Sequence record: OZ503099.1
DNA from: a phage
DNA: 48,179 bases
Strand: one strand, 5' to 3'
Below are positions 13,119-23,378 of the stretch, piece after piece (position 1 is the stretch's first letter; every line of letters starts with the position of its first letter). The notes beneath the pieces were generated by a model, which saw nothing but the letters and a program-made list of their open reading frames with translations, was not told the DNA's origin and did not search any database. Position numbers and translations under genes: made by a program.

Positions 13119-13559
13119 TTATAGATTTGAATCAGCGAAAAAACAATGGCGACCACGCCAAGAATAATGTCCAATTTCGCCGCCCCATTTAAAAGTGATG
13201 GAAAGGATGAACAGATGGATGCCGATAATAATAAATGCGTACTGCGCATGAAGCGGCGTTTCTACAGGCGTGATAAATTCCCATACGAATGACTCTATCG
13301 CTACCAGCCATTCGTAAAGGCTCATCGTCAGCACGCAGAGCGCCATCTTTGTACTTTTGCGCAGTGCAATAGCTGGAAACAACCAGATCATAGACTGCGC
13401 AAGGTAATACAGATATTCGGCGGGAAATGAATCAACAAGCACCCATCCAAGATACACAGACATCGCCATTGCCGGAATGAACACCAGAAACGCGACCATG
13501 CCCGTGCAGGCAAAACCCAGCACATACATGATCATGATGGCAACGTCTGCGCCGAACAT
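13119..13559 (-). CDS. Integral membrane protein (about four hydrophobic helices)
   Basis: 146 aa with four long hydrophobic stretches. Confidence 0.5.
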   Translation of the reverse strand: MFGADVAIMIMYVLGFACTGMVAFLVFIPAMAMSVYLGWVLVDSFPAEYLYYLAQSMIWLFPAIALRKSTKMALCVLTMSLYEWLVAIESFVWEFITPVETPLHAQYAFIIIGIHLFILSITFKWGGEIGHYSWRGRHCFFADSNL

Positions 13560-13724
13560 TATTTCTTACCGCGCGATGGTGAGCGAGTGGAGCCGTTTGG
13601 CTTCACTGCGCCAGTTTTGCCGCCAGTTTTGGTATTGCCAGCGGCACGTGAACGAGAAGGACCGTTTGTTGAACCCATTCTTAAATCTCCTGTTGTTTGA
13701 TTAGCATGATTTTAGCATATTCCT

Positions 13725-13754
13725 GTTGACGTAGATTGATGTGACGTTTATAGT
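13725..13754 (+). promoter_or_regulatory. Promoter of island B with repeated TGACGT(AGA) sites
   Basis: TTGACG (13725-13730), 18 bp, TATAGT (13749-13754); TTGACGTAGATTG at 13725-13737; TGACGT at 13726-13731, 13742-13747 and 13759-13764. Confidence 0.45.
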
Positions 13755-13794
13755 AGGTGACGTAGAAACAGCAATAAATGTTAGGGTGAATGAG

Positions 13795-13992
13795 ATGAGA
13801 GCAGCAAGCATGTACTACTGTATGTTCCGCAATACCGTGATTGATTTCCGCGATTGTGTTGACGCAATCAGCAACGCTGGTTCCATTGATGACTTCAGCA
13901 TCCCAGAGCGCGGCGCTGCTGAACTAATGTATCACCTGGCTAATGCATACATTGCAAACTATGAACTTTTATTAGAAGAAAGTGGTGAATGA
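13795..13992 (+). CDS. Hypothetical protein
   Basis: ATG 13795 (MRAASMYY...) downstream of predicted promoter. Confidence 0.4.
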   Translation: MRAASMYYCMFRNTVIDFRDCVDAISNAGSIDDFSIPERGAAELMYHLANAYIANYELLLEESGE

Positions 13993-13993
13993 G

Positions 13994-14338
13994 ATGAAAG
14001 AATTTAAAGGTACGCCCGGGCCGTGGGTCGCAGATATTCGCGGAGGTTGCGCAGCTATTTACCCGTCTTGTCGAACTGATGACACGCCGGGCTGTCACCA
14101 CGACGATGACAGAAATATTGCCTTCTCTAGCAAGGGTGCAAAATACAACGGTATGCATTGGGAGATTGATGGCAGCGTTGTGCATGACTTTAATTTAATG
14201 GCAGCGGCCCCTGAGTTGCTTGAAGCTCTGCAAAAAATGCTTGGCAAGGCATACAAACAAAACTGGAATGAGCAATACCCAGAAGAATTGCTGTTAGCTG
14301 AAGAATCTATCAAGAAAGCATTAGGAAAGAAACAATGA
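13994..14338 (+). CDS. Hypothetical protein
   Basis: 114-aa ORF (MKEFKGTPGPW...), Cys/His-containing. Confidence 0.45.
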   Translation: MKEFKGTPGPWVADIRGGCAAIYPSCRTDDTPGCHHDDDRNIAFSSKGAKYNGMHWEIDGSVVHDFNLMAAAPELLEALQKMLGKAYKQNWNEQYPEELLLAEESIKKALGKKQ

Positions 14339-15144
14339 AAACACTAAGCAAAATCTATTCAGACAAAGAAACGCGCAACGGTATTGCTGTTAACAAAACC
14401 TATCTCGTGCCAGTGGAGCGAATCTATCTGGAGCCGGGATATAACATCCGTGAAGCAGATGAGCAACACGTTGAATATTTCGCTCAGTGCTGGGAATCAG
14501 GTCAGCCATTGCCAGCATTAACAGTTATCCCTGACGACAAAGGAATCCGCATTCTTGATGGACAGCATCGCTATCTCGGCGCATTGCGTGCCATTGAGCG
14601 CGGTGCACCAATCGTTCGCATTGAGTGTAAGGATTTCACTGGCGATGAGGCAGACAAAATCGCCTTCATGGTGTCATCCAGTCAGGGTAAGCAGCTTGAC
14701 CCGTTTGAGCGCGCAAAGGCTTATACGCGACTGAAGGGCTTTGGATGGACGAATGAAGAAATCGCCAAGAAGGTAGGGCGCTCAGTGTCTGACGTGCAAA
14801 TGCATTTGTCGTTGGGTGATGTGCCAGCGGAAGTAAAAGCGCGCATCAGTGCTGGGCAAATCAGCTATGCAAACGCCGTAGCAGTAACGCGTGAGCACGG
14901 AGATGATGCGGTAAAAGTTATCGACGAGGCAGTCGAAGAAGCGAAGGCGCAAGGCAAGGATAAGGTCACAGCGAAGGTGCTGAAGTCGAAAAAGATTAAG
15001 CCAGTGGACCGCCTGATTGAGTTACTGAAGCCAGCAGACCACGTGATTCTTCCTGCTGGTCATGTGGTGGTTGAGGATGAGGAATTTATCCAGATTCCTG
15101 TTGCTGATATTCACGAGGTCATGGCAATTCTGGAGAAGATGTGA
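14335..15144 (+). CDS. ParB/Srx-fold (ParB N-terminal-like, DGQHR motif) protein
   Basis: 269 aa with ...GIRILDGQHRYLGALRAIERG... in the N-terminal third, typical of ParB-like nuclease/NTPase domains. Confidence 0.55.
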   Translation: MKTLSKIYSDKETRNGIAVNKTYLVPVERIYLEPGYNIREADEQHVEYFAQCWESGQPLPALTVIPDDKGIRILDGQHRYLGALRAIERGAPIVRIECKDFTGDEADKIAFMVSSSQGKQLDPFERAKAYTRLKGFGWTNEEIAKKVGRSVSDVQMHLSLGDVPAEVKARISAGQISYANAVAVTREHGDDAVKVIDEAVEEAKAQGKDKVTAKVLKSKKIKPVDRLIELLKPADHVILPAGHVVVEDEEFIQIPVADIHEVMAILEKM

Positions 15145-15335
15145 TGAGTAAGTATGAAGAGTTGGACCTGAAGATATTGCACATGCTTTCTGTTAAGCCA
15201 ACTCCTGTTTTTGATATATGGCTTAAGTTTCGTGATGATGTTAGAGACATTACGGTTATTGATCGGCGTATGCAGGTACTGAAAAAGAAAGGTCTTGTTT
15301 ACAACGTTCGCGGATGTGGTTGGGTTAAGCTATGA
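15144..15335 (+). CDS. Small protein, possible winged-helix DNA binder
   Basis: 63 aa; helix-rich pattern (LKILHML...RMQVLKKKGLV); TGATG overlap with upstream gene. Confidence 0.35.
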   Translation: MSKYEELDLKILHMLSVKPTPVFDIWLKFRDDVRDITVIDRRMQVLKKKGLVYNVRGCGWVKL

Positions 15336-15505
15336 CACCAGAACAATTCATCGAAAAACAACTGCGCGCCAAGCTGACTGACATCGACCAGATGGCAATT
15401 GATGCGGCGATTCAGTATTACAAGCGCAATCAGAGCGCAAAGAAGGGAGGCATTTTTGAGGAATGCCTGAAGGTTGCAAAACAGCACATGATTAAGGTGA
15501 AGTGA
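15332..15505 (+). CDS. Hypothetical small protein (57 aa)
   Basis: ATG 15332 to TGA 15505, hand-translated; ATGA/TGATG overlaps with both neighbours. Confidence 0.35.
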   Translation: MTPEQFIEKQLRAKLTDIDQMAIDAAIQYYKRNQSAKKGGIFEECLKVAKQHMIKVK

Positions 15506-16044
15506 TGAAACTAAAAATCAGCAAGCTATTACTTGAATCAGCGTTAATCTTTCAGGCGCGCAATGATGTGCGTTACTACCTGAATGGCATTTGCTTTATG
15601 CCAGATGGTCGCATTGCCTCAACTGACGGTCATCGTGCGTTTATTGGCGGAAGCCATGACAATAAGCTGACAGAAAATGTGATCATCAAGATTGGAAAGT
15701 CTCCAACGAAACGCTATGAGTACGCCATCATTGATACCAAGGCGAAAATTGCAACGTATCATGATGAAGCTGGCGCGATGGTTGGCGCTGGTATCTGCGA
15801 AGAGATTGATGGTCGATTCCCAGATATTGATCGCGTGATACCAAAGGAAACGAAGGCAGCAGAGGAAATTGGTTTCAATGCTGGCTACCTTGTGGATGTC
15901 GAGAAAGTGGCTAAGCTGTTTAATCCTAAATTCTGTGGTGTCAAATTTGAACTGAATGGAAATACAAATGCAGCAGTTTGCTGTCTTAGTGCGCCATCTG
16001 GCGAGACTGCGAAGATTGTTGTTATGCCGATGAGGATTGATTGA
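15505..16044 (+). CDS. Truncated beta sliding clamp (DnaN)-like protein
   Basis: NDVRYYLNG...ASTDGHRAF, IDGRFPDIDRVIPK and C-terminal GFNAGYLVDV...KIVVMPMRID match my recollection of E. coli DnaN domain II/III segments and its C-terminus. Confidence 0.65.
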   Translation: MKLKISKLLLESALIFQARNDVRYYLNGICFMPDGRIASTDGHRAFIGGSHDNKLTENVIIKIGKSPTKRYEYAIIDTKAKIATYHDEAGAMVGAGICEEIDGRFPDIDRVIPKETKAAEEIGFNAGYLVDVEKVAKLFNPKFCGVKFELNGNTNAAVCCLSAPSGETAKIVVMPMRID

Positions 16045-16226
16045 TGGACATCAAAGAGAAAACAAAACTGGCTGCCATCGCTGCGCGTGATGCTTTAAAC
16101 ATGGGTTGCAGCGTAAGAGCGGCAAACGAAGCGTTTAATGAAATTGCTGGTTTTTATTTAAACCATAGCGGAAAACGAGATTTCATTAAGTTAGTTAACT
16201 TCTATGCAGACCCAGATTGTCAGTAA
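16044..16226 (+). CDS. Hypothetical small protein
   Basis: 60-aa ORF; TGATG overlap with clamp-like gene; last gene before terminator. Confidence 0.4.
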   Translation: MDIKEKTKLAAIAARDALNMGCSVRAANEAFNEIAGFYLNHSGKRDFIKLVNFYADPDCQ

Positions 16227-16228
16227 AC

Positions 16229-16257
16229 CAAAGCCCCTTCACGGGGCTTTCCTTTTA
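16229..16257. terminator. Rho-independent terminator
   Basis: AAAGCCCC-TTCA-CGGGGCTTT hairpin followed by CCTTTTATC. Confidence 0.6.
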
Positions 16258-17076
16258 TCACGCCAGATAAGTATCATCCTCAAACCACGAAATGTAAGCA
16301 TTGATATTCTGCGTCGAAGCATCCAGTGATGTTATGCGAAGCAGATACGTCGTATTTGGTGCCATGATAATTTGCTCGCCGAGTTTCGCCTGCGAGTTAC
16401 CCTGCCCCTGATTCGATGCATTCCCTTCGCTATACGTTGCTGCAACTGTCAGCTGCCCGATGTTTGTCACGGTAGCGCCAGTAATTAACTGCGCCGTAGC
16501 TGCTTGTGGTGTTATATCGTTGGGATTATTAATCTCCGCAGCCGTGCCGCCAGTGGCTACAGCTCCACGGTAGATTGACGCTACGACACCCTTACCGGTG
16601 TAGCCGATGATGCGTTGATTAAAAACGACCTGTTTTGAGCCGGTAATAAAAATGCTGTCAAGGCTGGCTCCGCCAGCAACATCAGTTACTCTGCGAGACG
16701 CAGTGAACAGCTTGCCTTGCTTGTTGGCAAACTCTGCATAGGACTGCGCGACAACCTGACTTGATGGTACTGATGTAGCAGTTCGCCATACCAGGACTTT
16801 CAGAGATGCAATGCCAGCAGGTATCTGTGACTTGATCACCTTCAGTCGCAGCGCCACGCCATAATAATTATTATTGTTGACGTCAATCCAGTAGTTGCCA
16901 GATTCAAATGGCGACACCTTCACGGACACGGTTCCGCTTGTTAATGGCTCATAGCCACCGGAAGAATTTAGCGGCACAATCTGTACCTGCAGTGCTGACC
17001 AGTCTGCTGACATGGTTTCGCTAAGCAAAACCTCTCCATCAGCCGGAGTTGTGTTTATTTCGTACCTGACAGCCAT
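16258..17076 (-). CDS. Hypothetical structural protein (Ser/Thr/Gly/Asn-rich)
   Basis: About 272 aa from ATG 17076, G-rich RBS upstream; low-complexity beta-rich composition. Confidence 0.45.
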   Translation of the reverse strand: MAVRYEINTTPADGEVLLSETMSADWSALQVQIVPLNSSGGYEPLTSGTVSVKVSPFESGNYWIDVNNNNYYGVALRLKVIKSQIPAGIASLKVLVWRTATSVPSSQVVAQSYAEFANKQGKLFTASRRVTDVAGGASLDSIFITGSKQVVFNQRIIGYTGKGVVASIYRGAVATGGTAAEINNPNDITPQAATAQLITGATVTNIGQLTVAATYSEGNASNQGQGNSQAKLGEQIIMAPNTTYLLRITSLDASTQNINAYISWFEDDTYLA

Positions 17077-17088
17077 AGAAACCCCCAA

Positions 17089-17112
17089 TAAAAAACCCGC
17101 ATAATGCGGGTT
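17089..17112 (-). terminator. Rho-independent terminator (minus strand)
   Basis: AACCCGCA-TAA-TGCGGGTT hairpin followed on the minus strand by a U5 run, just after the stop of the 17117-17314 gene. Confidence 0.55.
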
Positions 17113-17116
17113 CAGT

Positions 17117-17314
17117 TTACTCTGCTTTCTTTTTCTTTGTCGTCTTTTCTTGCGGGGTTGCGACTTCGAAAGACTTTTCCAGTTCTGGCATGACGCGCAG
17201 CTTTGACATCAGATGCTCAGCAGGTTCCGTAATCACCTCGCCAAGCTGCAATTCACGAATCTTGCCTTTCTCTTTAACAAAGATTCCTCGCGCGATGACT
17301 TCGTATTTAGCCAT
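17117..17314 (-). CDS. Hypothetical small protein with Lys-rich C-terminus
   Basis: 65-aa ORF downstream of capsid region. Confidence 0.45.
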   Translation of the reverse strand: MAKYEVIARGIFVKEKGKIRELQLGEVITEPAEHLMSKLRVMPELEKSFEVATPQEKTTKKKKAE

Positions 17315-17690
17315 TATTCACCTCCGAAAGATTCTGCTTAAGGAGATAACCCTCAAGCATCCAGATTTTATTTACCGCATTCTCTCTGGCAATCTTGCGA
17401 CCAATTCCAGCATCGAAATTCTCTGGGCTGGCGCAGGCGCTTTCTCCGGTCACGGTGAATCCGTTTTTCAACACCAATACACAGAATGTGATAAGTTTTA
17501 ATGATTCATGGCTCGAACGCAAGTCAAGTGCTGACTTGTATTTTGCCCACGCACCATCTCCACCAATGCCATCGTAACCCGTAAAGTAGTGCTCGCTGAC
17601 AATGATGTCTTCAATGTGTTGCCCGGTTACTCGTGGCGCTTTACTGCCTTTGTCCTGAATCTCTTGCTCAATGCCTTTGCTGGTCATCAT
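17307..17690 (-). CDS. Hypothetical protein
   Basis: 127-aa ORF between major capsid gene and terminator. Confidence 0.45.
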   Translation of the reverse strand: MMTSKGIEQEIQDKGSKAPRVTGQHIEDIIVSEHYFTGYDGIGGDGAWAKYKSALDLRSSHESLKLITFCVLVLKNGFTVTGESACASPENFDAGIGRKIARENAVNKIWMLEGYLLKQNLSEVNNG

Positions 17691-17706
17691 AACCTCTGAT
17701 AGTTAT

Positions 17707-17730
17707 AAAGGGGCTTTCGCCCCTTTTTTA
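17707..17730 (-). terminator. Possible attenuator hairpin after capsid gene
   Basis: AAAGGGGC-TTTC-GCCCCTTT hairpin immediately after capsid stop codon. Confidence 0.3.
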
Positions 17731-18801
17731 TTACAGCGGAGTTTGCGTGCCGTAACCGTTGAACACTTTGGACTTGCCAGTGAAATCCTTACGGATTTGC
17801 AAACCGAAAGCTGACCACACCATAAAGTTAAAGTTATCGTGCGGGTTGGCGCGAACTGCCGCGTAGGTGGAAACAGGCTGGGCAACGCGAGGACGGATGT
17901 ACATATCGTTGCGAACGTAGCCAACGAAATGGTTACCAGTCAGCAGGAAGTTGGTGCCAATCTTGCCGATGCGACCATTGCCGAACTGCGTGATGTACTG
18001 CTCAACAGTGCCACCTTTGAATCCAGCTGCATCAGAATACGGACGCATGAAGCTGCGACGCACTGCCGGGGAAACCCACAGAGTCACCTGCTCAAATACG
18101 TTCTGCGCATCCAGAATAGCCTGGAAATCCTGATTGAAGAAGGTCACGATCTCATCTGGCGTTGCGGTTTGCAGGTCGATATTCAGGCCGCCGGAAGCAT
18201 TCAGGTTAACCTGAATAGTGTTCGGGTGGTTAGTGATACCGTAACCAGTGTAAACGCCGTTCACGTTCAGAGTCTGGTCGCCAGTCAGCAGGTACTGCGC
18301 CATATCTGAACGCAGGTTAAAGGTGACGTTAGCCTGATCGTCAAGCAGTGGGTCAAAACCTTCAGACTGCATACCCCGCAGTTCGCGCCATTCGCGGCTG
18401 TAGCCAGTCTTGAAAATTGGAATTACATCGCCAGTGTAATCGTAGCGAGTTTTATCCAAATCTTCCGGCTCCTGACCAGACAGAGTGCGAACAACCTTAC
18501 CAGCATCGGAAGCAATGCGGCTGATTGCCACAGTCTTACCGATATTGATGTTTGCCGCGATACCCATCAGGTCAGCCATCATATCCTGACCAGCTTCGTT
18601 GCGGAAAACGCGGGTGGTGACGTTATCAACATCGCGCCAGTAATCCTTCGTTACCAGTGCGGTGGCGTTTAGTGCGTATTTTTTCGCAAGAGCATTTTCC
18701 GCATTAACAAAAACCTTGCGGTCAATCTTCAGGTGATTCCACTGGTCAGCCACCACTGCGGAGTTGGCTACCAGGTCTTTGGTAAAAATAATCTTTTCCA
18801 T
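17731..18801 (-). CDS. Major capsid protein
   Basis: 356 aa, size and position (after scaffold and decoration-like genes, before strong terminators) typical of an HK97-fold capsid protein. Confidence 0.6.
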   Translation of the reverse strand: MEKIIFTKDLVANSAVVADQWNHLKIDRKVFVNAENALAKKYALNATALVTKDYWRDVDNVTTRVFRNEAGQDMMADLMGIAANINIGKTVAISRIASDAGKVVRTLSGQEPEDLDKTRYDYTGDVIPIFKTGYSREWRELRGMQSEGFDPLLDDQANVTFNLRSDMAQYLLTGDQTLNVNGVYTGYGITNHPNTIQVNLNASGGLNIDLQTATPDEIVTFFNQDFQAILDAQNVFEQVTLWVSPAVRRSFMRPYSDAAGFKGGTVEQYITQFGNGRIGKIGTNFLLTGNHFVGYVRNDMYIRPRVAQPVSTYAAVRANPHDNFNFMVWSAFGLQIRKDFTGKSKVFNGYGTQTPL

Positions 18802-18803
18802 TA

Positions 18804-20683
<1,880 letters not shown>

Positions 20684-21130
20684 GGTTAACTCTCCACGGT
20701 TAGTTTGTGGTCGAATTATAACACAGGGAGATATAGCACCATGAGGCGGTAGCCAGTGCAAACAATGGCGAATTGGTGAGCGCGTATAGCGTGAGAAAGT
20801 AAGTGATAGGGATTATGTTCATGGGCTACCTCCTGATTAAATGATAGCAGCCCACGATGAACAAAAGATATACGGAGTTAGTCTGAAATCACATCATCCA
20901 TAAATGCAAGCGCAGCACCTGACAGGCAGAACAGAGCGCCATAACAAATCATCTGGTACAGAGTGTCTGCCTCAAATACCCTTGCGAATGCGTAGGCTGA
21001 TAACATCCAAAGCAATGGAATCATAATTTACCTCTCCACGCTCTAATCAACTCCTCTATTCCAGCAAATAATAAGTAGCCGGAAAATAAAGTTAAAATCC
21101 AGTGGTCAGCGAACCAGTTCAGGAAGTCCA

Positions 21131-21457
21131 TCATAACCCCGCCTCCTGTTTTGCGCGGTGAACGTAAGACATGAACTTGCCAATAGGCATTTCCTTGCGG
21201 ATTTGCGCCAGTATCGCGCCATGAATCATTCTTTCTTCGCCAAAATATAGCTTATCAAGACGAGTTTTAATGAGTGCTCGCGTGCGCTTCATGTGGTCGC
21301 GCGCCTTAAGTGCTTTCTCATGCCAGACGCGATCATTCTTCTTATCTGCATATTGCAGTTGACGCTCAACGGTTTCGATTTCAAACGCCAGTTGCATGTC
21401 ATAATCTTCAAGCTGAATGATGTCTGCTTTCATGATGTCGTTTAACTGGATAATCAT
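21131..21457 (-). CDS. Hypothetical protein
   Basis: 108 aa from internal ATG 21457; ATGA overlap with upstream gene. Confidence 0.4.
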   Translation of the reverse strand: MIIQLNDIMKADIIQLEDYDMQLAFEIETVERQLQYADKKNDRVWHEKALKARDHMKRTRALIKTRLDKLYFGEERMIHGAILAQIRKEMPIGKFMSYVHRAKQEAGL

Positions 21458-21756
21458 TTGCTTAACTCCTTCAACATATCGTAAGCGCCGCGAGTGTACG
21501 GATGGTCGTAAGGGTTTCTTTCCCATTCTTGAATTTCCTTCTCCTCCCATTTACTTAGCTTCTTGCTGTTTAAATACACAGCTGGATTAACTTTCTTGTC
21601 AAGCATGTACTGATTTCCAATCCACTTTTCAAATTCTTCCTGTGTCATCTTCACTTCCTCCACTATCCAGCCCATCTTCCTACGGTTATTGGCAACAAAC
21701 TCGTCTGATGTTACAAACAGAGTTCTGCCAGATTTATGCTTAATAGCCCATCTCAT
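21454..21756 (-). CDS. Hypothetical protein
   Basis: 100-aa ORF. Confidence 0.45.
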   Translation of the reverse strand: MRWAIKHKSGRTLFVTSDEFVANNRRKMGWIVEEVKMTQEEFEKWIGNQYMLDKKVNPAVYLNSKKLSKWEEKEIQEWERNPYDHPYTRGAYDMLKELSK

Positions 21757-21881
21757 TTAGTACATCCTCAGCAAGTTTGCGGAACATGATTTGCACTCTT
21801 GCCACCTTGCGCCACTCAGCTTCGGTAAGAATCACATCCTCCTGTCGAGGCATTCCTGACATTTCGCATGGTGGTAATGGT

Positions 21882-22376
21882 TCATACTCTTGCTTCTTGC
21901 GTTTGGCTTTCCCCATGCTGACCTCTTACGTTGCGAAGAAGTGAATTGAACAGGTTGCTCACATTAACTTCCTGCTCATGCCATGAGTAACTCCACAGCT
22001 TCTTGTGGTGGTCATAGCTTCGCGTCACGTCTCCGTTATGAAACATAATGCGGATGCGGTTTTTCACGATTCGATAATCAATGCTAGTGTCTGCGCTAAT
22101 TTCTTTCACCTCTGCGCCAGCGTTATCAATCAAATGGCACTTAATGGCATCATCAATACCTGCCGCATCATCAGAGATGAAATATTTATACTGCCACTTA
22201 CCGCCACGAATCACTGACTTCTCACGGCGAATAAAGCCAAGTGCCAGCATCTCATGCAAACGATGCGTAGTTGTGCTTGAATGTTTACCACCGCAATGCT
22301 TTTCAATGTATGCGCGCGTTGCTCCCGGATGATTGACAATCACGCGCATTATTTGCGATTCATAGTCCATAATCAC
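21882..22376 (-). CDS. Hypothetical protein with N-terminal winged-helix-like region
   Basis: 164 aa; N-terminal 70 aa resemble a winged-helix DNA-binding fold. Confidence 0.35.
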   Translation of the reverse strand: MIMDYESQIMRVIVNHPGATRAYIEKHCGGKHSSTTTHRLHEMLALGFIRREKSVIRGGKWQYKYFISDDAAGIDDAIKCHLIDNAGAEVKEISADTSIDYRIVKNRIRIMFHNGDVTRSYDHHKKLWSYSWHEQEVNVSNLFNSLLRNVRGQHGESQTQEARV

Positions 22377-22614
22377 GCCCCTCTGCTACCTGATTGAAGT
22401 CTTCTGCGGTGTACAGGTTCCCACCTCTTGTGTTCCATTGCGTAGCTGCTGTCAGTTTTGTTACGTGAACATCACTTGAGCATCCGCACTCACACATGGC
22501 GAAATACATTCCATCATCGTTATATAACTTAACTTCGCTGCTGCCACAGAATGGGCACTCAAGCAGCATTTCATCATTCATTGTTGGCATATGTGGTGCG
22601 CTCATTTCACCCAC
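22360..22614 (-). CDS. Lar-family-like zinc-ribbon protein (possible restriction alleviation)
   Basis: LLECPFCGSSEVKLY...YFAMCECGCSS: CPFCG then CxCGC spacing as in Lar-family proteins. Confidence 0.5.
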   Translation of the reverse strand: MGEMSAPHMPTMNDEMLLECPFCGSSEVKLYNDDGMYFAMCECGCSSDVHVTKLTAATQWNTRGGNLYTAEDFNQVAEGRDYGL

Positions 22615-22796
22615 TCCCCAAGATTATTAAATTTAGGCGTATCACCAGACCAGTCGATAACGTCTTTCTGCTGACTACGCTTACGTTGCAGGCGGTTGCG
22701 CACTTCTCGCAGCTCGCATTCCAGCCATTCGCGAGTACGCTCAACTTCATTCAGTCGCTGGATTAGCGATTCTTCGTACAGTTCGTCATGCGCCAT
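22602..22796 (-). CDS. Hypothetical small coiled-coil protein
   Basis: 64-aa ORF. Confidence 0.4.
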   Translation of the reverse strand: MAHDELYEESLIQRLNEVERTREWLECELREVRNRLQRKRSQQKDVIDWSGDTPKFNNLGEWVK

Positions 22797-22856
22797 TTAT
22801 AATTTCTCCCGTAGAATTTGATAACAACATGCTCAATGCACAGATAACCTTCATCT

Positions 22857-23054
22857 TCAATCGTTACTGGTTGAACTATAAACCAGCGCGGATATAAGTT
22901 CGTCAGCCTTTTCACGACCAGCAACCTCCGCTTCAAGTGCCAGTGAACACATGGCAGTTTCCACATACTTAATGGTATCTTCGCGAACGTTAAGAATCTC
23001 CATAACCTCGCGCACCTCCTTCTGGTATCTCGCCGCTATTTCTTTGTATCGCAT
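22857..23054 (-). CDS. Hypothetical small protein
   Basis: ATG 23054 (MRYKEIAARY...); first gene of a minus-strand unit. Confidence 0.4.
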   Translation of the reverse strand: MRYKEIAARYQKEVREVMEILNVREDTIKYVETAMCSLALEAEVAGREKADELISALVYSSTSND

Positions 23055-23153
23055 TTCCACATCACCTTTTCTGTTATGGTACAATCTACGTCAACAAGTA
23101 TTGACTAAGTGATGTAGAAACGTCAAGATGTTTTTCGAGAAGGAGTAGTAAAT

Positions 23154-23378
23154 ATGCCAAGACCACGACGAGAGCCGATGGACATTATCACCAGCATTGT
23201 GGAGAAGCGGCAGCCGCTGACACTCCGTGATGTTCGCTACTTTGCCCGTTGCTATGTGGCGCTGGCTGATATGTCTAAGGGTGATATGTATGATTTGGTT
23301 CGTGAGAATTTTAACGTTGATGAACACAACCGCGTCACAATGCCGCGACGCGAGATGACTAAGTGGAGAGAGAAATGA
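23154..23378 (+). CDS. Hypothetical basic small protein
   Basis: 74 aa; AGGAG RBS at 23142-23146; first gene of island C. Confidence 0.45.
   Translation: MPRPRREPMDIITSIVEKRQPLTLRDVRYFARCYVALADMSKGDMYDLVRENFNVDEHNRVTMPRREMTKWREK

Noticed and set aside
17839-18309. Plus-strand 156-aa ORF within the major capsid gene
   Set aside because: Antisense to the capsid gene, no promoter or ribosome-binding site.
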